Positions 54,926-64,000 are shown, counted from the first letter of the stretch. The stretch is 64,000 nucleotides of DNA from Candidatus Limivicinus sp. (GCA_045640405.1 JAZUEY010000070.1:39751-103750); one strand, 5' to 3'. The notes: generated from the sequence alone by a model not told the origin. Numbers and translations: made by a program.

Positions 54926-56086
54926 TCACTTGTCCTTTGCAGGATTAATGCCCAGTATTCCTATAAAGAAACCGCCGAACATCATTTCAAAGCCGACTAT
55001 GCACAGGCAGGCCGCCGGAATCGTTACTCTCATAAGCCCTTCGGGATTCATGGAACCGAAGGAGCTTTTCCCCCACATTACAAAAGCTACTATTGAAATA
55101 ACAATGCCTATAAGCAACAGGATGAAACCCAAAAGTATACCCTTTTCGGCCGTCAGCGTGCTCATCTTTTTAATGGATTTGCTCATGGGTATGTAGCCCG
55201 ACTGGGCGGCATAGACCTTGGTGTAGCAGGAAAACAGAATCATATTGATGCCGATAATCAGGAACGCCCCCGCAAACAGCATCGTATTGATGTCAAAGCC
55301 CGTGTTGTTTATCTTCACAGGTCCTATGGAAAGCAGCACCATGAACACCAGCCCGATAACGCTGAGTATGCAGCCGGGTATCAGGAAAAGCCAGTCGGGG
55401 CTGTGCATCAGCAGGAACTTCAGATGGCGCCAGCCGTCGCTCCAGGTGGAGAGATAGGGTTCGCGGCTTCTGCCGTCTTTGGACAGAGTCGTCGGCACTT
55501 CAGCAATTTTGTAATCGTGCAATGCGCTCTGTACTATCATCTCGCTGGCGTATTCCATTCCGGGAGTTCTGAGATTCAGAGCCTCCATGCGCTCACGGTT
55601 ATAGCCACGCATACCGCAGTTGAAATCACCGATTTTATTGTGATAGAAAAGCCTGCCGATGAAGGAAATAACCGGCGTTCCGAGATAGCGGTGGCTCCAG
55701 GGCATGGCGCCCTCTTCGATGCCACCCTTGAACCGGTTGCCCATTACAAGGTCATAGCCTTCGCGGAGCTTTTCCACATAAGGCATGAGATTCGAAAAAT
55801 CATAGCTGTCATCGGCATCGCCCATGATGCAGTATTTGCCTTTTGCCTCGTGCGTTCCGCCAATGAGTGCCGCGCCGTAACCTCTCTGCGGGATATGGGC
55901 GACTCTTGCCCCGCAGCGCTCGGCGATTTCTACGGACCCGTCGGTGCTGCCGTTGTCCGCAATCAGCACCTCTGCGCTGAGACCGTTTTCGGCAATGCAC
56001 TTCTGTGCCTTTCTTATGCAACGCTCCAGCGTCTCCGCCTCGTTCAGGCAGGGCATTATGACCGTAAGTTCAAGTTCGTTACTCAT
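54926..56086 (-). CDS. GT2 polyprenyl-phosphate glycosyltransferase-like enzyme with C-terminal TM domain (CsbB/GtrB/ArnC-like)
   Basis: LTVIMPCLNEAETL, ADNGSTDGS, MGDADDSY, then about 4 C-terminal TM helices. ATG at 56086 overlaps the upstream gene end. Confidence 0.75.
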   Translation of the reverse strand: MSNELELTVIMPCLNEAETLERCIRKAQKCIAENGLSAEVLIADNGSTDGSVEIAERCGARVAHIPQRGYGAALIGGTHEAKGKYCIMGDADDSYDFSNLMPYVEKLREGYDLVMGNRFKGGIEEGAMPWSHRYLGTPVISFIGRLFYHNKIGDFNCGMRGYNRERMEALNLRTPGMEYASEMIVQSALHDYKIAEVPTTLSKDGRSREPYLSTWSDGWRHLKFLLMHSPDWLFLIPGCILSVIGLVFMVLLSIGPVKINNTGFDINTMLFAGAFLIIGINMILFSCYTKVYAAQSGYIPMSKSIKKMSTLTAEKGILLGFILLLIGIVISIVAFVMWGKSSFGSMNPEGLMRVTIPAACLCIVGFEMMFGGFFIGILGINPAKDK

Positions 56087-57635
56087 TGGTTTCCTCCCAG
56101 ATGATATCGTAGTCAGGTGCCAGAACAAATCTGGCCTCAAAGAATTCCATCGTTGCGGATTCTCCCTTCCCGAACAGCACCCGGCTGCCCGGCTCATAAT
56201 CCTGTCGCACTTTTGTACAATAGGCTTCTTCGAATCCGTCTCGTATATAATGCGCCAATACCGTGTTCCTTCTGCTTATCGTATCGAACAGGCTGCCGTA
56301 TGGCGTCATGGCTAGTACCAGCGCCAGTGAACACAATGCCGGCATCGGTTTTATTTTCGTGCTTATCGGTAAATCGATGCAAAGCAGAATCAGGCATACA
56401 ATCATGGCCGTAAGCACTACACCGATGTACCTGTCATAGGAAGCGAGGGTGCACGCCTCCCCTATGCCGAAAAGATACAGGTACATCAGCAGCATCCCGA
56501 AAATGTACAGGACCGTCTGGCCGATGATACAGAAATAAACCTTTAAGTTCTTTCTCCGCAGAAATACCGCAAGAAGCAGAATTGCCAGAATCAGCAGAAT
56601 CAGCAGATAATTGTGTCGGAATACATATTTAAAAGCATCATATACCGTCGCCCGGTAGCTGTCTTCCCGGCCAGATAATACAGCAAAGAAGGATTTTATA
56701 TCTATCATTCCCTGCTCCGGTTTTCCCACTCTGTTTATTTTCAGTGCTGCCTCCCAAAGGAGCTTCGGCACGGCGACAAAGCCGGCCGCCCACAACGCCT
56801 TCCGATTTTTCTCGGATACCGCATAGGCCAAGAGCAGAAATACCGCCAGCAGGAGCCCCACTTCTTTTGAGAGCACCAGCGTGGAAATACAAAGCAGGAT
56901 AAAAGCTTTTTGCAGTTCGCTTTTATTCTCCGACACCGCAGCGGCAAGGCCTGCTCCGGAAACCACACCGAGGAAGGGATCAATAAAAATCGTCGAGTAA
57001 ACTTTTTCGTAGAAAACCATCGGGCTCAGCCACATGGCGGGAATGAGCAACCAGTTGTACCATTTTTTCAGGTCCAGCTTTGCCATGAAAGGCAGGAAAA
57101 AGCTCAAAAGAAATACCTGATAGGCCGCGTACATCAGCCACTCCGTATAGTTTCCGCCGTTCAGCTTCTGAAGCAGATACTGGAACAGCGGCATGGCCGG
57201 CGGATAGCTCTTGTAAAACGTATACTTTACAGCCGGGTTGCAGGGCATGGCATCCGTCATCGTCATTTCCTTCACGACAAGCGCCCAATGCGAAAACTCG
57301 TCCCAGTCGTGAGCTATCATGCCGTAACTGATCCAGACGGCTGCTGCAAACAGCAAAACCGTTATAAAGAATCCGGGCGTGAAAAAGTGATTTCTTCCCT
57401 GCCAATCGCCTTTTATGACAGCCAGTACATAGATGGCGGCGCAGCCGGCCATCAGCAGCCAGAAGCCCGTTTTTAGGATGCCTGCCAAACCAAAGCAGAA
57501 AAGCCACAACACAGCTACCATACAGGATACAGGGGCATACTCTTCGAACGTATATTCTTTTTTCAGCAAAAAACAACCGAGAACCGCGCCCGAGCTCAAT
57601 ACGGCGAAAAGCAAAACTACAGCTAACATATCCAC
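56079..57635 (-). CDS. Large polytopic membrane protein of unknown function (polymerase or GT-C candidate)
   Basis: 518 aa, more than 10 TM segments. Overlaps both neighbours. Confidence 0.6.
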   Translation of the reverse strand: MDMLAVVLLFAVLSSGAVLGCFLLKKEYTFEEYAPVSCMVAVLWLFCFGLAGILKTGFWLLMAGCAAIYVLAVIKGDWQGRNHFFTPGFFITVLLFAAAVWISYGMIAHDWDEFSHWALVVKEMTMTDAMPCNPAVKYTFYKSYPPAMPLFQYLLQKLNGGNYTEWLMYAAYQVFLLSFFLPFMAKLDLKKWYNWLLIPAMWLSPMVFYEKVYSTIFIDPFLGVVSGAGLAAAVSENKSELQKAFILLCISTLVLSKEVGLLLAVFLLLAYAVSEKNRKALWAAGFVAVPKLLWEAALKINRVGKPEQGMIDIKSFFAVLSGREDSYRATVYDAFKYVFRHNYLLILLILAILLLAVFLRRKNLKVYFCIIGQTVLYIFGMLLMYLYLFGIGEACTLASYDRYIGVVLTAMIVCLILLCIDLPISTKIKPMPALCSLALVLAMTPYGSLFDTISRRNTVLAHYIRDGFEEAYCTKVRQDYEPGSRVLFGKGESATMEFFEARFVLAPDYDIIWEETNE

Positions 57636-59398
57636 GGCAATACTACGAGTTCGTATATGTTGTATATCAGGATTCCGGTTCCGACCAGATAAAACGCCGG
57701 GTTATATATCCTGCGGGATGGATTCCATTTGAGCCAGCCGTTTAGTAAAAACATAAAGAAAGGGAACAGAAGATGCACCGTATACCTTGGCTGGCAACCG
57801 TTAATGGTACCGGCGCCAACCGGAGTAAATACAATGTACATGGACGTCGCCGCGAGCATTAAGGCCAGAAGCAGGACCACAATACCGGCCGAACGGATGC
57901 ACATACTCTCTCTTTCGCTATCCGAATTGTCGGTCAGGGCCGCTACCACGATTGCCACCATCAGCACAGCATATACTGACGTGCTCCCCAAATGTGCAAA
58001 GGAGGAGAGATAACTCACGGAACAAATGATGCCTCCGAAAATGAATTTCAGCAGCATCTTTAAATACGAAAACGGGTTCTTCAAAACATAAATGAGCTGT
58101 GCCGTTCCGCTGACATTCCCAAGTTCGTTGCTGCGTTCATCCACCGGGTCACCGCCTGCGAATCCATAAATCAGGGCATATACAACCAGGGCCAGAATCA
58201 AAATGCAAAGCATCGTGCAGTAGCGTTTTCTTTGCTCTTTATCAGCGAATTTCCCCTTTGGCATCATAAAAGGTATAAGCAGCAGCGGAATGTACGGAAT
58301 CTTTGGGAGAATTCCAAGCGCAAGAGCCCCGAATATAATTATGATTTCCCGTTTTGAAAGCTTTTCCTCCGGACGCTGTATCGCTCCGAGAAAATACGCC
58401 AGGCCCAGTGACGTCATTGCCAGCACCCATGCATCATAATTGAAGCATGCCGCGCTGTAAACGGCATAAGGGCTTATGCCTATGAGAAACAGCAGTATTT
58501 TGCCTCTCTTCAGCCGTTTTATGGAAAGGCTCATAATACCTGCATACAGTGCCAGACAGCCTATGCGTGCCATTGTAAATCTTGCAGCTGCGTTCAGCCC
58601 CAAAGCGTTTCCAAGCCAAATTCCGGCCGCTGTTCCGATGTAGCCGATTTTCCTCAAGTCATAGGCTCCCCGGTTGGCATCGACGTACAGACTGCCGCTG
58701 TTTTCCGCAGCACTGAGCTCGGAATCGCTCTTTGCGCGTTCTGCGGCAGTCAGACCTGTATCGTTATCCCAGAACCAGTAAAACAATCTGACATCGGCAT
58801 TATCCGTAACGGTGTAAAGCCCCTGAGAAAAAGTTACCGAGTCTCTGTAATGCGTTTCATCGTCATAATTCAAAACCGTTTCATGGGGCAGAATTATGCA
58901 GAGCGCTATGCCGACCGTTAAAGTAATCAGCAGGAAAACCGTTCCGGGTTCCTTTAAGTCAATTGCAGGCATTTTGAATTCCGGTTTCACTCTTTTTGAA
59001 AGTATAACAACCGTAAGTTCGGCAAATGCCATTACTGCCAGTGTAGGATATCTGTAAGCGATTCTGCCGTCAGAGGCAATTACCGGATGAAAGAAGCTCA
59101 AAACCGACACCGCAAGAAGAAAGAGAGATACAAAAGTATACCAAAAGGCTACGTGCGGACCGTAATCAACTACATATTCCGTAAACATCTCCAACAGCAC
59201 TGCCATGAACAGCGCGGCCGCTGCAACAAAGGCTGTGGATGCTGCAGTAGGCATATGCATCACGCTGCCCGAAGGCAGGCATGTCAATGCCATTCCTATC
59301 TGACAAAGGATTGCAGCAGCAACCGTCATTATAAAGATTTTAATAAATCTATTCTTCACTTGAGCCTTTCTGTCTAAATTAGCAACAGAAACCGTCAC
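57623..59398 (-). CDS. Large polytopic membrane protein (GT-C / DUF2142-like candidate)
   Basis: 591 aa, more than 12 TM segments, with a central extracytoplasmic loop (YDDETHYRDSVTFSQGLYTV...). Confidence 0.55.
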   Translation of the reverse strand: MTVSVANLDRKAQVKNRFIKIFIMTVAAAILCQIGMALTCLPSGSVMHMPTAASTAFVAAAALFMAVLLEMFTEYVVDYGPHVAFWYTFVSLFLLAVSVLSFFHPVIASDGRIAYRYPTLAVMAFAELTVVILSKRVKPEFKMPAIDLKEPGTVFLLITLTVGIALCIILPHETVLNYDDETHYRDSVTFSQGLYTVTDNADVRLFYWFWDNDTGLTAAERAKSDSELSAAENSGSLYVDANRGAYDLRKIGYIGTAAGIWLGNALGLNAAARFTMARIGCLALYAGIMSLSIKRLKRGKILLFLIGISPYAVYSAACFNYDAWVLAMTSLGLAYFLGAIQRPEEKLSKREIIIIFGALALGILPKIPYIPLLLIPFMMPKGKFADKEQRKRYCTMLCILILALVVYALIYGFAGGDPVDERSNELGNVSGTAQLIYVLKNPFSYLKMLLKFIFGGIICSVSYLSSFAHLGSTSVYAVLMVAIVVAALTDNSDSERESMCIRSAGIVVLLLALMLAATSMYIVFTPVGAGTINGCQPRYTVHLLFPFFMFLLNGWLKWNPSRRIYNPAFYLVGTGILIYNIYELVVLPWIC

Positions 59399-60456
59399 CG
59401 TGTAAACACACGGCTTTTGATTTTTTTTGCCAGAATCAAAAGCAATGATATGCCGCCTATGGCGACTATCGGATAGAGAAAATCAAGCTCCTGATAGGAA
59501 CGCGTGAAAGTCAACAGCACTTCTGCAGGGTCGTTTTTTATTTTTACGGCAATAAGGTCCGTCAGCTTGAAGAATACCAGGTGCAGTGCCATGTAATGAA
59601 ATGAGTTGCGTCCGATGAAGGAGATTCCCCTTCGTAAAACATCCGGAAGGCGCATGATAAGCTTTGCCAGAGAAATGCAGAAAGAAATGCCGATTACCGT
59701 AATCGGATAGAAAGCATAGAATCCTGTTCTGTTCTGGTAGAGCTCCACTTCTCCTCCGCACTTTATGAACCCTATCATGAGTGCGGTGCATATTATGCAC
59801 ATTTTCCAGTCGAAGTACTTCTCGATTTTATGAAAGTTCTTCCTGGCAAACCAGCCGAGAACCATGATTGGGACGGCTATCAGCGAAGTCTGAATATGAT
59901 AATTCAGCCAGATTCCGGTTTGATTGACGTAAAGCCCGAAGGCTGCGAAAAACAGCGCGCAGACAATCAAAACCGCATTGCGATGTTTAAATCTATCGGA
60001 AAAAGAGAATATCAAACCGAATATTATACTCGCGACAAGGAGAACCGGAATGAACCAGAGGGCACCGAGCACAGCTTCTTCGGTCGAAAACAGGATCCCT
60101 CCGGTACAGAGGACAAGGATTCTTTCAAAATCGTAATACATATACAGAGGCAGTATCCCGATTCTGCAGAGAAAATTATGCAAAAGAACGAACACAAAAT
60201 TGTATGCAAAGTACTTTGGCAACAGGCTCCCGATTCTTCTGCCGAAGTACAGTTCAATATTGCCTTTGTATTTTTCTTCATCAAAGCAGTATCCTGCCGT
60301 GAAGAAAAAAATCATCAGATGATAAAGGTAGATAAAGGAGTTAAAATATCTGTCACTGAAGGGCACCTTAACGGCGGCATGCCCGACAATGACGCCGATG
60401 ATGCCGATTGCTTTCAGTATATCTATCAGTTCTCTGCTGTTTTGCTGTTTTTCCAT
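59395..60456 (-). CDS. Acyltransferase family 3
   Basis: ELIDILKAIGIIGVIVGHA plus about 10 TM segments. Confidence 0.8.
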   Translation of the reverse strand: MEKQQNSRELIDILKAIGIIGVIVGHAAVKVPFSDRYFNSFIYLYHLMIFFFTAGYCFDEEKYKGNIELYFGRRIGSLLPKYFAYNFVFVLLHNFLCRIGILPLYMYYDFERILVLCTGGILFSTEEAVLGALWFIPVLLVASIIFGLIFSFSDRFKHRNAVLIVCALFFAAFGLYVNQTGIWLNYHIQTSLIAVPIMVLGWFARKNFHKIEKYFDWKMCIICTALMIGFIKCGGEVELYQNRTGFYAFYPITVIGISFCISLAKLIMRLPDVLRRGISFIGRNSFHYMALHLVFFKLTDLIAVKIKNDPAEVLLTFTRSYQELDFLYPIVAIGGISLLLILAKKIKSRVFTR

Positions 60457-60491
60457 TTATTCTTTACTCCCAAACCTGTTTAATTATCACT

Positions 60492-60519
60492 TTGCATGAT
60501 GTACATAATCGGATATAAT
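60492..60519 (+). promoter_or_regulatory. Sigma-70-type promoter for the plus-strand acyltransferase gene
   Basis: TTGCAT (60492-60497), 16-nt spacer, TATAAT (60514-60519). Confidence 0.45.
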
Positions 60520-60584
60520 ACAGGTGTTCAACATATCCGTTTTTAGAAAACGAATACTTATTATCATATATAAACAGGTGAAAC

Positions 60585-61664
60585 ATGAGGAACAAGATTA
60601 CATGCCTGGAAGGCATACGTGCTTTGGGATGGTTCGGGGTTTTTCTGGCACACTTCAGAGGTGCTTTTTCTCCGGATGCTGTCTGGTGGACAGACAAAAC
60701 TCCCTTTTCTCTCTTCTATGCAGGCGATAAGATCGTATGCATCCTTTTTGTTATTTCAGGACTGGTATTGTCCTATAAGTATTTCAGCAAAAAGCAGTAT
60801 GATACCATTGCGTTTGATGCCTTTAAAAGATACTTTCGATTGATGCCTACCATTCTGGTCACTGAATTAGCTGTTGTTTTTCTGATGAAACACCATCTGT
60901 TCTTCAATATACCGGCATCGGAAATACTCGGTTCCGGTTATTTCCTAGGCATATTTAATACCAGTGCGCCTTCGTGGTCTGCATGCTTAAAGGAATCGCT
61001 GATTTCAACCTATTTTGCCGGAACGGCAGAGTATATCGGGCCTTTATGGACCATGAAGTATGAATATTTAGGTTCTCTGCTCGTCTTGGCAAGCATAGCC
61101 GTATTCAGGGGCAGCAAACTGAGATGGCTGTTTTATGCGGTATTCCTTTGTTTGTACAGAAGCTATTTCAATTATTTTATTATCGGAATGATTATAAGTG
61201 AAATCCTGACAAATGGTTCCCTGATGGCGAAGCTGAAGAGCCATATTCCTGTTCAGGTTTTACTGATTCTTGCCGGTTTCTTTATCGTCGGGATGACAAA
61301 TTATCCCAACATGGGTAAATATACCAGAATATTATTCGACGCCGGTATTTTTATGCTTCTGATCGGATTAATATCCAACGATATCGCCGGTAAAATATTA
61401 AGCAATAAGCTGCTGGTTAAAGGCAGCCGAATATCATACGCAGCTTACATAGTCCACTGGCCAATTATCGAAACTTTTTCATGCGGCATCTTTTTGTTGT
61501 TGTATAAAAACATATTCGTGTCAAACGCAATCAAAATATTATTATTTATCGCGACTGCCATCCTGGTAATATTCTGTTCATTCGTTATTAATCGATACGT
61601 AGAGCCGATTGGGACTTTTATTGCCAACAAGTTTCACAAACTGGATTTTAGCAGTGAGGGATGA
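60585..61664 (+). CDS. Acyltransferase family 3
   Basis: ITCLEGIRALGWFGVFLAHF plus about 10 TM segments. The last codons (SSEG-stop) lie inside the left inverted repeat. Confidence 0.8.
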   Translation: MRNKITCLEGIRALGWFGVFLAHFRGAFSPDAVWWTDKTPFSLFYAGDKIVCILFVISGLVLSYKYFSKKQYDTIAFDAFKRYFRLMPTILVTELAVVFLMKHHLFFNIPASEILGSGYFLGIFNTSAPSWSACLKESLISTYFAGTAEYIGPLWTMKYEYLGSLLVLASIAVFRGSKLRWLFYAVFLCLYRSYFNYFIIGMIISEILTNGSLMAKLKSHIPVQVLLILAGFFIVGMTNYPNMGKYTRILFDAGIFMLLIGLISNDIAGKILSNKLLVKGSRISYAAYIVHWPIIETFSCGIFLLLYKNIFVSNAIKILLFIATAILVIFCSFVINRYVEPIGTFIANKFHKLDFSSEG

Positions 61665-61685
61665 GCAGTGAGCCGTGAGGGATTG
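61651..61685. repeat. Left imperfect inverted repeat flanking the four-helix-bundle gene
   Basis: GAGGGATGAGCAGTGAGCCGTGAGGGA matches the reverse complement of 62148-62176 (GAGGGACGAGCAGCGAGCAGTGAGTGA) at 23 of 27 positions. Confidence 0.65.
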
Positions 61686-61686
61686 T

Positions 61687-61718
61687 AGGAACTGCAGAGG
61701 CAGTTCCTTTTGATTTTG
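61687..61718 (+). terminator. Rho-independent terminator
   Basis: AGGAACTGC-AGAG-GCAGTTCCT followed by TTTTGATTTT. Confidence 0.75.
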
Positions 61719-61750
61719 AAAAAGTATCAATAGCTGCGCTCTCCATCTTT

Positions 61751-62107
61751 TTATCTGAGTTTTTTAATCATCGAAGCGAGCATTTTACCCACTTCATCAG
61801 CCAAATTCAAAGCTTCCGTTAATTGCTCGTTTGGAGCCAAATTATTACGCTGACATATCTGTAATTGCGTTTCCAGTTCACAATACGAACCGTTTGCAAT
61901 TGAAAGGAAATTCAAATACTCTTTTGTCGTTGCCCTCGCCCAACCTTCCGCAATGTTTGAAGGTATCGAGGTTGCACTGCGGCGCATCTGGTCACAAAGG
62001 GCATATTTCTCTTCTTGTGGCATCATTGCAATCATCTCATAGACTTTATCTACAAGATTCATACTCTTCTGCCACACTATCAAATCCTTATATGTCTTAA
62101 CTTCCAT
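61751..62107 (-). CDS. Four-helix-bundle protein (23S rRNA intervening-sequence protein / Avd-like family)
   Basis: YKDLIVWQKSMNLVDKVYE, RSATSIPSNIAEGWAR, FLSIANGSYCELETQL. Confidence 0.85.
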   Translation of the reverse strand: MEVKTYKDLIVWQKSMNLVDKVYEMIAMMPQEEKYALCDQMRRSATSIPSNIAEGWARATTKEYLNFLSIANGSYCELETQLQICQRNNLAPNEQLTEALNLADEVGKMLASMIKKLR

Positions 62108-62121
62108 TTCCTAAATCTCTT

Positions 62122-62175
62122 GGCTCGCGCACCTGCGAGCCTACCTTCACTCACTGCTCGCTGCTCGTCCCTCGC
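62122..62175. repeat. Pyrimidine-rich hairpin repeat, copy B (right flank of the four-helix-bundle gene)
   Basis: GGCTCGC-GCACCT-GCGAGCC hairpin plus TACCTTCACTCACTGCTCGCTGCTCGTCCCTCGC. It is similar to 24941-25000 and overlaps the last codons of the GT2 gene. Confidence 0.7.
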
Positions 62176-62972
62176 TGCTGGCTACTATACTTTCCGAGCT
62201 TTCCTTGCTTGCCGTCGGCAATTCCCTTGCGGATCATGCGAAGCTTCTCTGCTTTGTTATCTTCAAACAGCAGCATTTTGGGCAGCTGCCAGAAAAGTTC
62301 CTTTAAATATTCTTTCTCAAACGCCTGCGGATTTTCTTTAGAAAGGAAGCGGGCGTTTCTGTATCGGTAATAGTCTCTTATCGGGGAATGGTTCATCGCG
62401 TGGAAGGTTCTGCCGAGAAGCTTGAACTCTATCGGGTTTCCGATTCTGTGTTCAATCGAATAATCCCGCAGATAGCCCACTTTGTATCCGGCCTGTTCCA
62501 AACGGCTGCAGAAGTCAAAATCCACATAATCTATGAACAGTTCCTCGCGGTATCCACCAACTGCCTTCCAAGCTTCGGTACTTACGAAATTCCCGGATGT
62601 CAGCCAGTTATGTGTACGAATCACTACATCCGATTTACTATCCGGAGAACAGTTGAAATTGAGCCCTACGATTCCGTAATCACCGAGTCTTTTCTCCACG
62701 AGGGGCAGAACGGCCGATGCATCGGCAAGCGGGAAGGAACTGTCATCGTCCATCGTCAAGACAGCATCGCATCCCTGCTTTATGAGATATTCAAATCCGG
62801 CATTCAAGGCTGCAGCAATCCCCTTGTTTCCCCCCATGGGAAGGCGGTGGATTCCTTCCGGCACCGCATTGTCTCCGTTGTCCACAGCTACAACACAGTC
62901 ACAAAAAGGAGCATAGGTGTTTATTTTTTCCGGTGTGTGTGCATACAAAACCACACAGGCTCCGAGTTTCAT
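62151..62972 (-). CDS. Glycosyltransferase family 2, rhamnosyltransferase-like (WbbL-type)
   Basis: GGNKGIAAALNAGFEYL and TMDDDS. Its C-terminal tail SSQQRGTSSEQ is encoded by the repeat. Confidence 0.8.
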   Translation of the reverse strand: MKLGACVVLYAHTPEKINTYAPFCDCVVAVDNGDNAVPEGIHRLPMGGNKGIAAALNAGFEYLIKQGCDAVLTMDDDSSFPLADASAVLPLVEKRLGDYGIVGLNFNCSPDSKSDVVIRTHNWLTSGNFVSTEAWKAVGGYREELFIDYVDFDFCSRLEQAGYKVGYLRDYSIEHRIGNPIEFKLLGRTFHAMNHSPIRDYYRYRNARFLSKENPQAFEKEYLKELFWQLPKMLLFEDNKAEKLRMIRKGIADGKQGKLGKYSSQQRGTSSEQ

Positions 62973-64000
62973 TCTTTTTTCTTTCTGTCTATCAGTATGC
63001 TAATAAGCGAAAATGCAACCGCAAAGAACATCATCATGAAGCTTCCCGGATAATAAAAGGGATTCATGAAAAACGAAAGCGCCATAAAGTAGATGGCAAT
63101 CATAATGTTTGTATTTTTCAAATCATTCCTTTTCACGATTCTGTTCAAAAACACTATCAGCAGTATTGCCAATACCAGTAATACAAACATGACAACGATT
63201 CCTGCATATCCGCCATAATTATATGCCGGTGTGAATGCCCCGGATACGGTATGCCCGTTATCGGCAAGTATTCCGTTATTTAAATAATTCGGAGATACTC
63301 TCTTTGAGATAAAATCAGGCAGGAAACAGCAGACAAACAGCGGAATGCTTTTCGAAAATTCGCTGCAATCAATATTATATCGGAGATTGTTCAGCGGGCT
63401 TGTCAAATAATCGTATCCCCAAGCGAACTGCCCGGGCAGCCAGGAAGGCCATTTATCATTTATCAGAGCGAATGCAAATATCCCGCTGTTGTCATTCCAG
63501 CCGTAACCGCCGCGCAGGTTTCCAAGTCCACCATAGAGATACACCGCAACCACTCCCAATATTGCAAATGCGGCAAAACGTTTTATCCCCTTTTTTATCA
63601 TCCTATCCGTCAATGAAACAATCAAAGCCGCTGCGAAAACCATCAGATAGCTTCGGCTGAACGTGAAAAGGAACATCAGCGCACACCCCGCGATTTCCAG
63701 CCCCATCCTGAATGACGGAAATCTGGCAAAGACGAATATCAGATACACGCAATAATACGCCGTAAGCGTATAGATAAACGGTGCAAACGTCGGAATGCCC
63801 GGGAAAGAGGAATAGTTTGAAGGCAAACCCATAAAGATATTCGTCAGCGGTGTCCATCCGGCATAGAAAAAGTTCAGGCTGAACAGAATAATCAATACCA
63901 CTGTAGGCCATGCCTTTTTATGAGGATTCTCCTCCAGCGGAAACGTCTTAAACTCTTTTCTGAATATAAAACCGATAAGTGCCGAAACAATTACCGTAAG
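62969..64000 (-). CDS. Wzy-like polytopic membrane protein (repeat-unit polymerase candidate), N-terminus beyond the right edge
   Basis: The track ORF starts at GTG 63901, but the frame stays open for all 33 upstream codons to base 64000 (LTVIVSALIGFIFRKEFKTFPLEENPHKKAWPT...). More than 8 TM segments. Confidence 0.6.
   Translation of the reverse strand, partial: LTVIVSALIGFIFRKEFKTFPLEENPHKKAWPTVVLIILFSLNFFYAGWTPLTNIFMGLPSNYSSFPGIPTFAPFIYTLTAYYCVYLIFVFARFPSFRMGLEIAGCALMFLFTFSRSYLMVFAAALIVSLTDRMIKKGIKRFAAFAILGVVAVYLYGGLGNLRGGYGWNDNSGIFAFALINDKWPSWLPGQFAWGYDYLTSPLNNLRYNIDCSEFSKSIPLFVCCFLPDFISKRVSPNYLNNGILADNGHTVSGAFTPAYNYGGYAGIVVMFVLLVLAILLIVFLNRIVKRNDLKNTNIMIAIYFMALSFFMNPFYYPGSFMMMFFAVAFSLISILIDRKKKE

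Overview
This 64-kb chromosomal segment looks like a moderately GC-rich Gram-positive anaerobe, probably Clostridia. Supporting signs are GGAGG-type RBSs, the gltX-holB-ricT arrangement, a class III RNR operon and CsbB/YfhO-type wall glycosylation genes. Positions 1-23.9 kb and 25.7-42 kb are mostly densely packed core genes. They include a SUV3-like helicase cut by the left edge, xerD, glnA, trpS, gltX, holB-like, ricT-like, putP, a LysR regulator, nrdG-nrdD-trxB, rnz, tRNA-Pro(UGG), transporters and peptidases. Many neighbouring genes overlap by 4-20 nt, which suggests translational coupling. A small AT-rich accessory islet at about 23.94-25.73 kb carries a Phd/YefM-RelE/ParE toxin-antitoxin pair, a frameshifted ATPase remnant and unusual pyrimidine-rich hairpin repeats. 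Positions 42-64 kb, visibly more AT-rich by eye, hold a large cell-envelope glycan locus. It contains rfbC, a Glf-like flavoenzyme, four GT2 enzymes, Wzx, a Wzy-like protein, YfhO, several large GT-C-like membrane proteins, three AT3 acyltransferases and an MBOAT/AlgJ-like pair. An orphan Avd-like four-helix-bundle gene flanked by imperfect inverted repeats interrupts this locus. The candidates I consider most worth follow-up are: (1) an orphan ExbB/MotA-like plus MotB/OmpA-like ion-motor pair coupled to a YugP-type Zn-peptidase; (2) RNase Z translationally coupled to a CbbQ/NorQ-type AAA+ ATPase and a NorD-type VWA protein; (3) a CopA-like P1B-ATPase that keeps its frame but lacks essentially the whole nucleotide-binding domain; (4) NrdD fused to a C-terminal glutaredoxin-like domain, with trxB overlapping its stop; (5) the repeat family shared by the four-helix-bundle insertion and the TA islet. 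No CRISPR array, rRNA, IS element or prophage was seen. All functional calls come from motif recognition by eye and have not been checked against databases.
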